From: Candidatus Zixiibacteriota bacterium
GTDB lineage: Bacteria > Zixibacteria > MSB-5A5 > GN15 > FEB-12
Length of the DNA stretch: 64,000 bases
Direction: 5' to 3'
Assembly: GCA_036826635.1 (NCBI GenBank)
Contig: DAISVY010000012.1
Location: forward strand, 9,170-73,169
The notes under the pieces are model-generated. The model was not told the DNA's origin. It saw only the letters and a program-made list of their open reading frames with translations, and did not search any database. Below are positions 38,079-46,333 of this stretch, in pieces. Within the stretch, counting starts at the first letter, position 1; every line of letters starts with the position of its first letter. A program made the position numbers and the translations under genes.

Positions 38079-41000
38079 TTGAACGCATTATCAGACGGCC
38101 GATTCTCGTGGCCATGATAATCATCGGGCTTTGCCTGCTGGGTGTCGTTTCGTATACCAAACTGCCCGTGGAGCTCATCCCCTATACGGAACTGCCGATG
38201 CTGGTCGTGCAGGTAAGCACCGCGCTCGACGCCGATCCCGACTACGTGGAAAAACACGCCATCATCCCGCTCGAAAGTGCTATTGCCGGACTCGAAGATA
38301 TCGAGAGCATCGAATCGTACATCGATCGCCGTCGCGCCATTATCTTTGTTTATTACCATCAAAATTCCGATGCCAAATACGCCTATCTCAAGCTTCAGGA
38401 ACGGGTCGAAAGCGCCCGCTCGTTATTGGGTGACGACTTCTACGCCAGCGTCCTGAAAATCGACACCGAACAACTTTCCAATCAATTCATGTCACTGCAG
38501 GCCAGAGGCGAGGGTGATCTCGATCAGATACGGGAAGTGGTGGACGAAGAAATAACCGAAGAGCTGGAGAAAATAGACGGTATCGCCAGTGTTGCCGTCT
38601 ACGGCGGTCGACAGCACTCTATCGAAGTCGTTCTCGACGAAGGAGCATTGCGCTCGCACAATATCACCGCTTCCCAGGTTTCTTCCAAAATCAGCGGCGG
38701 GACTGCCGACCGCCAGTATCTGGGCCAGGCTATCGAAGGGAACAAGCAGTATTTCGTCAACCTGACCGCCGACTATACGGCTGTTCCGGCCCTTGAGGAT
38801 ATTGTCATCAAGGAAGAAGGTCCGGTTCTTCTCAAACACGTGGCCACGATCATCGACGGCGGCGCGGAAGAAGAGACAATTTCCCGCGTCAATGGTATGG
38901 AATCGATTTCCATTTCGCTTGTCCGTGATCAACAAGCCAACCTTCTCAGCCTTTCTCGCGAGACACGCCGGGAGATCGAGCACCTGAATAAAAAAGTGGC
39001 AGCCACCGGGGTGGAACTGGTCATTCAAAGCGACTCGGCCGAAGAGATCGAAGAGAATATAGAAGTCATCAAGATGCTGGCCCTTATAGGCGGCCTGCTG
39101 GCGGTGGTGGTTCTGTGGTTGTTTCTCCGCAATCTTCCCCTGGTTCTGGTAGTGGCGGCATCGATACCGATATCGGTACTCATATCGTTGAATTTCTTCT
39201 ACGCCTTCGACATCACGATCAACACCCTCACGCTGGTGGGTATAGCTATCGCCATCGGCATGCTCATCGACAACAGCGTCGTTGTCCTGGAGAACATTCA
39301 CCGCAAAGTGGCCCACGGCAATACCCCCTATCGGGCGGTCGTGGACGGAACCCACGAGGTCTGGCGGGCGGTATCGGCGGCCACTCTTACCACCGTCTGC
39401 GTCTTCGTCCCGTTCATCTTCTCCAACAGTTTTCTGGTTAAGACATTAGGCCGACACGTCGGCATATCGATTATCTCGACTCTCCTGGTGTCACTTGGCG
39501 TGGCTTTCGTCCTGATACCTCCCGCGACTTATTATTTCCTCTCTCGCAAGAAAGGCCGGGTGGAATCTTTCAACGTCATATCTCAGAAGAACCGACTACA
39601 GCAAATCTATACCCTGTTGCTCAAGTCGTGCCTGAGATTCCCGGCCCGAACACTGATTGTCAGTGTGGTGGTTTTCTTCGCCAGTGTGCTTATCTGTCTG
39701 GCCGTAAGTATCAACGTCCCCGAGGAAGTGGAACTGGACGAATTCAATCTCTACGCCACCATGCCGTCCGGGACAACACTGGCCACGGCCGACGAGCAGG
39801 TTAAAGAGATGGATCAGCGGTTGAGTGATATCGCCGAGCTCAAAGAACGTCGGGCCAACATCGAAGAAGACAACATCGTGTTTACGTTCGAGCTGAAGGA
39901 AGACTACGAAGATATCGCCCGGCGTAATCTCAGCGAGGTCAAGGACGAAGTGCTCGAGAAACTTTCCAACGCCTATCCCCTGATCGACTTCACATATGAG
40001 GAACCGGCTTCCGACGTCCGTTTCCGGGGCGGTGGCGGCGGCGGTCAGGGCATGCGCGGTTTCACTCGTTTGCTCGGTATCGGCACATCCGAGGAGAGCG
40101 TCGTTATTCGGGGACAGGATTTGGGGATGCTGCGCTCCATCGCCGAAGACGTTCGTTATAACCTCGATAACCTGGAAACCATCAAGAGCACGCAACTTTC
40201 GGTTACCGAACACGATCCCGGCATAGATCTGCTGCTTGATCAGTCGGCCATGCGTCATTTCAACGTCGGGTCGGCCAATATCATCGCCGAACTGTCCGGT
40301 TTTCAAAGCGAGGTTTCCTCGGGAGTAACGCTCAAACGCGGGACCGACGAAATAGATATCATCCTCAAAAAGAACGAACTGGAAGACAAAACTTCCGACG
40401 ATCTCAGAGAACTTGAGGTGGCCGGAGGCGACGGCGGCACGGTGCCGATAGTACAACTCGCACGATTCCTTTACACCAGCGGCACGTCCAACATCAACCG
40501 CGTAAATCAGGAAAAAGAAGTTTCGGTCGTTTATCGCTTTGAGGATGATGTCGAAAGTTCCAAACCGTTACTGGAAAACGCTCGCCTCACCGTGGACGAA
40601 ATAGCGGCCGGAATAAGCCCGCCGTCGGGAGTGGCCATCGAGGTGGTCCACGACGAGACCGATCTCTCGGAGTTCTATTTTCTCATTTTCGCGGCCGTGA
40701 TTCTTATATACATGATTCTGGCCTCGGTTTTCGAGTCTTTAGCTACCCCGCTGGTCATCATGTTCACTATCCCGCTGGCCACCATCGGTGCCCTTTGGGG
40801 ACTGATTCTGACCGGCAACTCGATCCTTAACGCCAATTCGATCATCGGCCTGTTTATCCTTCTTGGGGTGGTGGTCAACAACGGCATTATTCTGATCGAT
40901 TATTCGCGTCTGCTTCGCCGGCAACGCATGCGCCCGGGCAGGGCCTTGATCACCGCCGGACAGGCACGAATCAGACCGATCCTCATCACCGCCATCACCA

Positions 41001-42772
41001 CCGTGCTGGCCATGCTGCCACTGGCTATGGGCAAGGCCGAGTACGTGGCCAAAATCGGAGCACCTTTCGCTATCGTCGTCATTGGCGGACTGAGTTTCGG
41101 TACGCTGTTCACACTACTGTTAATTCCGACAGTATCCTTCGGAACCGATAATGCCATGGCCTGGTGGCGACAGTTGAGCGGCCGCAACAAAGCAATCCAG
41201 ACAGCGGTTCTGATCATCGGCGTATTCCTTATTTACAAGAATATCGACTCGTTCCTCTGGCAAATGGTCGACCTGATCGCTCTTCTGGCCGTCATCCCGG
41301 CCTTTACGTATTTCACCCAGACGAGCCTGCGACGAAGCCGTCGAGCCATTATCCCGACCGGCGATTCCATTACCATCACCATCCGCAACGTCGTCAAGGT
41401 CTACGACGATTTCTCCCGGTTCGTCCGCGAATGGCGCAAAGGGGAACGCCAGCATCAGCATGGCTCACCCGATGAACCGGTAAAGAACCGTGACCTGCTG
41501 CTTACCCGGATGTGGCAGCTTCCCCTGTATGTTTTCCTGTTCTACTTTACATATTTGTATCTGGAGAGCGGGTTCTGGATTTTCGTCTTCTCGGTCGTGT
41601 TTTACATCTATTCGCTTAATCTCTGGCGACCGCTGTTGCTGACGAGTGGAATATCAACCGGGAAGTGGCGATGGCCTCGAACACGCCGGTGGTTGTACAA
41701 ACTGATTTTCTGGCTGGGCCCGTTGCTCAATCTGATCTGGTTCAAACTTACCTGGTCCGGTCTGGCGCTGGTCATTGTTCTGGGATTTGCCTGGTATCTG
41801 GCGGCCTTGACTTACAACACTTCATCGCGCCTCTATCGGAAGCGGATCGATATCAATCGTCTTACCGGACGATTCGTCAGGATTCGCAAATTCTTCTATC
41901 GACTGGTCAAAGCCACGCCTCTGATCGGAAAACGCCGGGTTCCGTTTGTCGCTCTGAATCAGGTGTCAATGGAGATCGGCAGCGGCATGTTCGGACTTGT
42001 CGGTCCCAACGGGGCAGGCAAAACAACGCTCATGCGGGTTATTTGCGGGATTCTTCCGCCGGCTCGCGGCACGGTAAAAATCAATGGTATCGATCTGGTC
42101 AAACAACGCGAGGAACTTCAGTCGCTCATCGGCTACCTGCCACAGGAATTCGGCACCTACGAGAATATGACAGCTTACCAGTTTCTGGATTACCAGGCGC
42201 TTCTGAAAGGCCAGTGGAATGACCGACAGCGGCGGGAAACGGTAGAGAAAGCTATTCATTCGGTCCATCTCGAGGACAGCCGCAACACGAAAATAAAGTC
42301 TTTCTCCGGAGGCATGAAACAGCGCGTCGGTATCGCCCAGACGCTGTTGCACCTGCCGCGTATTATGGTGGTGGACGAACCGACCGCAGGACTGGACCCG
42401 CGCGAACGGATTCGGTTCAGGAACCTTCTGTCGGAACTGGCGCGGGACCGCGTTGTTATTTTCTCGACTCACATCATTGAAGACATCTCCAGCAGTTGCA
42501 GCCGACTGGCCGTGCTGGATGATGGTGCGGTCAAATTCCTGGGCTCTCCCAGGGAAATGGTGGAACTGACCAGAGGCTATGTCTGGCAGGCCCAGATAGC
42601 CCGGGAGCAGTTCGAAAAAGTACGGAACAACCTGCGGATAGTGCACCACATGCGCGACGGCGATCTTATCAGAGTAAGGGTACTCGCGTCCAAACAGCCG
42701 CTGACCGAAGCTATCGAGGTAACCCCGACGCTGGAGGATTCGTACCTTTGGTTACTGAATCAACAAGGGTAG
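38075..42772 (+). CDS. RND efflux permease fused C-terminally to extra TM helices and an ABC ATPase domain (hybrid RND-NBD protein)
   Basis: An uninterrupted 1565-codon ORF; ATGA overlap with the preceding RND gene. Residues 1 to about 1030 are a complete RND layout (IAIGMLIDNSVVVLENI, LLGVVVNNGIILID, GQARIRPILITAITTVLAMLPL). Residues about 1040-1095 add two more hydrophobic helices. Residues 1099-1565 form an ABC NBD: ITITIRNVVKVYDD, then a 176-aa insertion, then Walker A GPNGAGKTT (nt 42002-42028), YLPQE, SGGMKQRVGIA, MVVDEPTAGLD and STHII. Confidence 0.8.
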   Translation: MIERIIRRPILVAMIIIGLCLLGVVSYTKLPVELIPYTELPMLVVQVSTALDADPDYVEKHAIIPLESAIAGLEDIESIESYIDRRRAIIFVYYHQNSDAKYAYLKLQERVESARSLLGDDFYASVLKIDTEQLSNQFMSLQARGEGDLDQIREVVDEEITEELEKIDGIASVAVYGGRQHSIEVVLDEGALRSHNITASQVSSKISGGTADRQYLGQAIEGNKQYFVNLTADYTAVPALEDIVIKEEGPVLLKHVATIIDGGAEEETISRVNGMESISISLVRDQQANLLSLSRETRREIEHLNKKVAATGVELVIQSDSAEEIEENIEVIKMLALIGGLLAVVVLWLFLRNLPLVLVVAASIPISVLISLNFFYAFDITINTLTLVGIAIAIGMLIDNSVVVLENIHRKVAHGNTPYRAVVDGTHEVWRAVSAATLTTVCVFVPFIFSNSFLVKTLGRHVGISIISTLLVSLGVAFVLIPPATYYFLSRKKGRVESFNVISQKNRLQQIYTLLLKSCLRFPARTLIVSVVVFFASVLICLAVSINVPEEVELDEFNLYATMPSGTTLATADEQVKEMDQRLSDIAELKERRANIEEDNIVFTFELKEDYEDIARRNLSEVKDEVLEKLSNAYPLIDFTYEEPASDVRFRGGGGGGQGMRGFTRLLGIGTSEESVVIRGQDLGMLRSIAEDVRYNLDNLETIKSTQLSVTEHDPGIDLLLDQSAMRHFNVGSANIIAELSGFQSEVSSGVTLKRGTDEIDIILKKNELEDKTSDDLRELEVAGGDGGTVPIVQLARFLYTSGTSNINRVNQEKEVSVVYRFEDDVESSKPLLENARLTVDEIAAGISPPSGVAIEVVHDETDLSEFYFLIFAAVILIYMILASVFESLATPLVIMFTIPLATIGALWGLILTGNSILNANSIIGLFILLGVVVNNGIILIDYSRLLRRQRMRPGRALITAGQARIRPILITAITTVLAMLPLAMGKAEYVAKIGAPFAIVVIGGLSFGTLFTLLLIPTVSFGTDNAMAWWRQLSGRNKAIQTAVLIIGVFLIYKNIDSFLWQMVDLIALLAVIPAFTYFTQTSLRRSRRAIIPTGDSITITIRNVVKVYDDFSRFVREWRKGERQHQHGSPDEPVKNRDLLLTRMWQLPLYVFLFYFTYLYLESGFWIFVFSVVFYIYSLNLWRPLLLTSGISTGKWRWPRTRRWLYKLIFWLGPLLNLIWFKLTWSGLALVIVLGFAWYLAALTYNTSSRLYRKRIDINRLTGRFVRIRKFFYRLVKATPLIGKRRVPFVALNQVSMEIGSGMFGLVGPNGAGKTTLMRVICGILPPARGTVKINGIDLVKQREELQSLIGYLPQEFGTYENMTAYQFLDYQALLKGQWNDRQRRETVEKAIHSVHLEDSRNTKIKSFSGGMKQRVGIAQTLLHLPRIMVVDEPTAGLDPRERIRFRNLLSELARDRVVIFSTHIIEDISSSCSRLAVLDDGAVKFLGSPREMVELTRGYVWQAQIAREQFEKVRNNLRIVHHMRDGDLIRVRVLASKQPLTEAIEVTPTLEDSYLWLLNQQG

Positions 42773-42776
42773 CGTT

Positions 42777-43523
42777 ATGATACAGTCGACGACATCTTCC
42801 CCCGCCTCACAAACGAGCCTTCTCTCCGGTCTTCGGAGTCTGGTAGCTTTCTTCCGGTACAACGCCACTCACGTTTTCGCGGGGAAATTCATCTATTTCC
42901 TGGCCCTGGGGATCGGGATTTTCATTCTCGTGACGGTAATATACGTTTTGGACAGCAGCACCCCGCCGGATGCCGAGGCCATTTACTACTTTCTTTTGGT
43001 CCCGGGGGTATTGTTGATTTTCTATCCGTCGGCCTATTCCATTCAGAGCGACGTCGACAGCCGCATGATAGAAACGCTCTTCGGTATTCCCGACTACCGT
43101 TACAAAGTCTGGCTGGCCCGAAACATCACCATGTATCTGGTCGTGACCGCCCTGCTGTTTTTACTGGCGTTGTTTTGCCGACTGACGATGGCCGATTTTT
43201 CGATATGGTCAATGTCGTTTCAACTCCTGTTCCCGGTGGCGTTCATCGGCAGTCTGGCGTTTATGACCGCAACCATCACGCGCAGCGGCAACGGCACCGC
43301 CGTCATCATGGTGATAATCCTTCTTGTCTTCTGGATTGCCGCCGAACCGCTCGAGGGCAGCCGCTGGAATCTGTTTCACAACCCCTTCACTCAGGTGGAT
43401 CAGTTCGAGACTTTTTTGTGGGCGGAGACGACGCTTTATAACCGCATTTACCTGCTGACAGGTGCGGCTGTGGCCACCATGTTCGGTCTGCTGCGTCTGC
43501 AACGTCGCGAGAAATTGATCTGA
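42777..43523 (+). CDS. ABC-2-like six-TM permease
   Basis: 248 aa with about six hydrophobic helices. It starts 4 nt after the NBD-bearing gene, and its size and position match the membrane partner of an ABC-2 ATPase. I saw no diagnostic motif. Confidence 0.5.
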   Translation: MIQSTTSSPASQTSLLSGLRSLVAFFRYNATHVFAGKFIYFLALGIGIFILVTVIYVLDSSTPPDAEAIYYFLLVPGVLLIFYPSAYSIQSDVDSRMIETLFGIPDYRYKVWLARNITMYLVVTALLFLLALFCRLTMADFSIWSMSFQLLFPVAFIGSLAFMTATITRSGNGTAVIMVIILLVFWIAAEPLEGSRWNLFHNPFTQVDQFETFLWAETTLYNRIYLLTGAAVATMFGLLRLQRREKLI

Positions 43524-43544
43524 TACGCCCGGGAAACCGGATCG

Positions 43545-45206
43545 TCAGGCTTCCGGGTGCAGAGGAAAACGAAAGACGAAAGTTGTTCCCTGACCCGGTT
43601 CGCTGTTTATATCGACCTCGGCCCGGTGGTTGCTGATAATCTTCGCACAGATAACCAACCCGTAACCATGTCCCGTTTCCTTCGTCGTCAGATGAAATTT
43701 GAAAAGCTTCTTCTTGACTTCCGGAGTGATCCCCGAACCGTTATCGGAAATGGACAGGAGAACGGTGTCCCCTTCGACACTTGTCTTGACTTCGATATGA
43801 CCGTCGGGACGCCGGGTTTCGGCGACGGCATCAGCGGCGTTGTTGAGCACATTAAGTAACAGTTGTGCTATCTGATCGGTGTCCATTTCGAAAGACGGCA
43901 AGTTCGGCTCGAGGTCGGTCGAGATCGACACCCGCGTGAACTTTTTCTGCACCAATACGAAGGACAGCACATCGGTGACCGTGGAATTCAGACTGGCGAT
44001 GCTCTTGCATGCCTCCAGCCGGGTGTAGTCGGTCAAACCGGCCGTGTAGCGTTCCATCTTGCCGACATGGGATTTCAGCTTCTCGAGCGAGTTGGCCACT
44101 TTATCCATATTGCCCCGCGCCATAGCCATCTGGGCCAGTTCTACCCCGCCCAGAATGAGAGCCAGGAAGTTATTCAACTCGTGGGCGATGGACGAGGCCA
44201 TTACGCCCTTGTCGGCGAATTTTTCGAGGTCGAACAGCTTTTGCTCGTTCTCTTTTTGCGCCGTGACATCGTCCAGCGTAAAAACGAGATCGGATTCGCG
44301 TTCGTCGCGACGTTCAATAGAAGAAAACCGGACGTTATATATTCGCTCGAATTCGGGCCCTTTGGCCACCTGATTTTCTATGAAACTGCTGTGAGTTCCG
44401 GCCCGGGTTTTAAGTAACCGCCGCCCCCAACCGGGGAAAGCGTACTCGGGGAAAACGCTGTCCAGCGGCTGTCCGATAACCGAGTCGAAATCGGACACGT
44501 TGGGCAGACAGTCCCGAAGAATGCTCATACCGGCACTGTTCACTTTCTTGAGAGTATAGTCCTGCTCTCCGAAAACGAAAACACCCTGCCTGACGCTGTC
44601 CAGAATTTCCAGATACCATGCGTTCAGGCCCCGCATCTGCGTAATCAAAAAAGAATTGGCGATAAACGGCGCACTGGCGTTGGCAAGCGTACTCAACAAC
44701 TCAAGTTCACTGTCAGCCAGCGGCTTGTGGCTGATCTTCTCCCCCAGTCCGATCACGCCCCAATACCATTCCCCGTGGATCAGCGGAACCAGTACCTGAA
44801 CACCCGTTTCCTTCAGTCTCGCCAGGATTCGCTGAGCGTCATCCGGCAAATCTTCCCGATCAAAACAACATGGCCGGGGATCGGCCAGGAAATATTCGGA
44901 CAATTCCAATTGCTGACAATCCAGCCCTATTCCGGCAGCATCCTGAAAATGGCCGGTTCCGGAACAGATAGGCGGGCTGGCGCCGGCTTCCGGGTTGCGC
45001 ACCACGGCAATGACATCAGCCACGGAGAACTGCCCGGAAACGGTGAGAACCAACTGGTCGAGAAGACAACGGTAATCCGGTTTTTTTGAAAACTGCTCGG
45101 TTAGTTCGGCCAGCGCGTTGAGCGCCATGGCTTCAATATCCACCGAGGCCCGACGACGAACTGTCGCGGCACTCTCGTTCCGGACTGAATCTGTAATCTG
45201 TGACAT
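43545..45206 (-). CDS. Cytoplasmic GAF/PAS sensor histidine kinase
   Basis: 553 aa with no obvious TM segment. GAF-like N-terminal half, a PAS-like middle region, H-box SSIAHELNNFLALILGG, N box LLNVLNNAADA, G boxes DNGSGI and GHGYGL, and GQGTTFVFRFP. Confidence 0.85.
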   Translation of the reverse strand: MSQITDSVRNESAATVRRRASVDIEAMALNALAELTEQFSKKPDYRCLLDQLVLTVSGQFSVADVIAVVRNPEAGASPPICSGTGHFQDAAGIGLDCQQLELSEYFLADPRPCCFDREDLPDDAQRILARLKETGVQVLVPLIHGEWYWGVIGLGEKISHKPLADSELELLSTLANASAPFIANSFLITQMRGLNAWYLEILDSVRQGVFVFGEQDYTLKKVNSAGMSILRDCLPNVSDFDSVIGQPLDSVFPEYAFPGWGRRLLKTRAGTHSSFIENQVAKGPEFERIYNVRFSSIERRDERESDLVFTLDDVTAQKENEQKLFDLEKFADKGVMASSIAHELNNFLALILGGVELAQMAMARGNMDKVANSLEKLKSHVGKMERYTAGLTDYTRLEACKSIASLNSTVTDVLSFVLVQKKFTRVSISTDLEPNLPSFEMDTDQIAQLLLNVLNNAADAVAETRRPDGHIEVKTSVEGDTVLLSISDNGSGITPEVKKKLFKFHLTTKETGHGYGLVICAKIISNHRAEVDINSEPGQGTTFVFRFPLHPEA

Positions 45207-45209
45207 ATG

Positions 45210-45581
45210 CTAATACGTTATGCCGCACATGGCGGCCGCTTCCTTTTCATCGGATCGAATCGTGAGATAATCGGCCAGATCGAGCACCTCAAGAATATGC
45301 CGGATATGATCGGACACGTTGCACAAGACTATATCGCCGCCCCGCTCGCGAAAAGACTGGACAGTGCCAAGTATAGAACCAACCCCGGCCGATGACAAAA
45401 ACTCGAGGCGAGCCATATCGATGATGACGTACTTGTAACCTTTTTTCTCTCCGGTCGATATAATCTTGACCATCTCATGAGCGTTTTGATTGTCCAAAAC
45501 CGGTCCGGGGTCCACAACTACCGTATCGTCCCGCAAAACACGCTCTTTTATCTCTTCGTACCCCATCCTTATTGGCTCCAT
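45210..45581 (-). CDS. STAS-domain protein (anti-sigma-factor antagonist, SpoIIAA/RsbV-like)
   Basis: 123 aa. IIDMARLEFLSSAGVGSILG contains the conserved phosphorylatable Ser context. Also GGDIVLCNVSDHIRHILEVLDLADYLTI. Confidence 0.8.
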   Translation of the reverse strand: MEPIRMGYEEIKERVLRDDTVVVDPGPVLDNQNAHEMVKIISTGEKKGYKYVIIDMARLEFLSSAGVGSILGTVQSFRERGGDIVLCNVSDHIRHILEVLDLADYLTIRSDEKEAAAMCGITY

Positions 45582-46333
45582 TTCTTCTCGAGAGTAAGTT
45601 CGTTCATGGTCCCGTCCTTGCGACGATACGAAATGCGGTCAACGAGTCTGCTTAACATAGGCAGTCCAAAACCCCGTTTTTGACCACTTTTAGCCGAGGC
45701 CACAACATCCAGGTCCATCGAACGAGAAGTTGGATCAAACGGAATCCCGGGATCGGTGAAGGTCAAGACCATCATTTCATCGTAAGGACTGACCGTGAAA
45801 ACGATTTCGTCACCGACTTCCAGAGCGGCATAGCTCTGAATGTTAGTTGTCACCTCATAAAAAACCGTCCGCAGTTCGAACTCCAGAACCTCGGAGAGCC
45901 CCATATCCGAGAGAAAACTCCGAAATCTCATCCTGGCTCGCGCTATGCTGTCAACATCAGCATGGAAACGATCCTGATAAGTCTCCTCAAAATGATTTTG
46001 CTTCCGGCAACGGCCGCCGACATTCAGAGATCCCGTAGCATCTTCCTCGGGAAAGAATTCCCTGAGATCCAACGCCTGAAGGACCCGCATAAGACCCCGC
46101 GAGGCCGCTTTGAGCTTAAGGGGTACCCCGGCCGAATGACAAGTTTCGTAAAGTTGCCAGAGAATTCCCACCTGACGCGACTTGACATGGGCCAGTTTTG
46201 AGCAATCCAGAATTATAGCAGGAGGTTTCTGTCCCAGTAGTTTCGCCAGTTCTTCCTCAAAGGCAGCCATTCCCGTAACTGACATATCCCTGGGAACCTC
46301 TATTGTCACTTCCCCTTTTGTACTAGTTTGCAT
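45569..46333 (-). CDS. STAS domain fused to an RsbW/SpoIIAB-like serine kinase (HATPase) domain
   Basis: The N-terminal ~110 aa are STAS-like (ILDCSKLAHVKSRQVGILWQL...LKLKAASRGLMRVLQALDL). The C-terminal half is an anti-sigma kinase fold (ELRTVFYEVTTNIQSYA, FTDPGIPFDP, GFGLPMLSRLVD). ATG at 46333 is preceded by GAGAGGG. The track start at 46360 is an alternative. Confidence 0.7.
   Translation of the reverse strand: MQTSTKGEVTIEVPRDMSVTGMAAFEEELAKLLGQKPPAIILDCSKLAHVKSRQVGILWQLYETCHSAGVPLKLKAASRGLMRVLQALDLREFFPEEDATGSLNVGGRCRKQNHFEETYQDRFHADVDSIARARMRFRSFLSDMGLSEVLEFELRTVFYEVTTNIQSYAALEVGDEIVFTVSPYDEMMVLTFTDPGIPFDPTSRSMDLDVVASAKSGQKRGFGLPMLSRLVDRISYRRKDGTMNELTLEKKWSQ

Noticed and set aside
29725-40456. 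Minus-strand ORFs of 280-365 aa opposite the efflux operon (29725-30819, 32692-33537, 35634-36539, 36521-37606, 38492-39355, 39596-40456)
   Set aside because: They are antisense shadows with no motifs. The plus-strand genes have ABC, TolC, MFP and RND signatures and operon-like spacing.
38075-42772. Explaining the RND-NBD fusion as two genes merged by a sequencing error
   Set aside because: This cannot be excluded without reads, but there is no stop in 4.7 kb. The junction region encodes well-formed hydrophobic helices in an even number, and there is no internal RBS-plus-start signature near the NBD. It is kept as a finding with read validation as the stated test.
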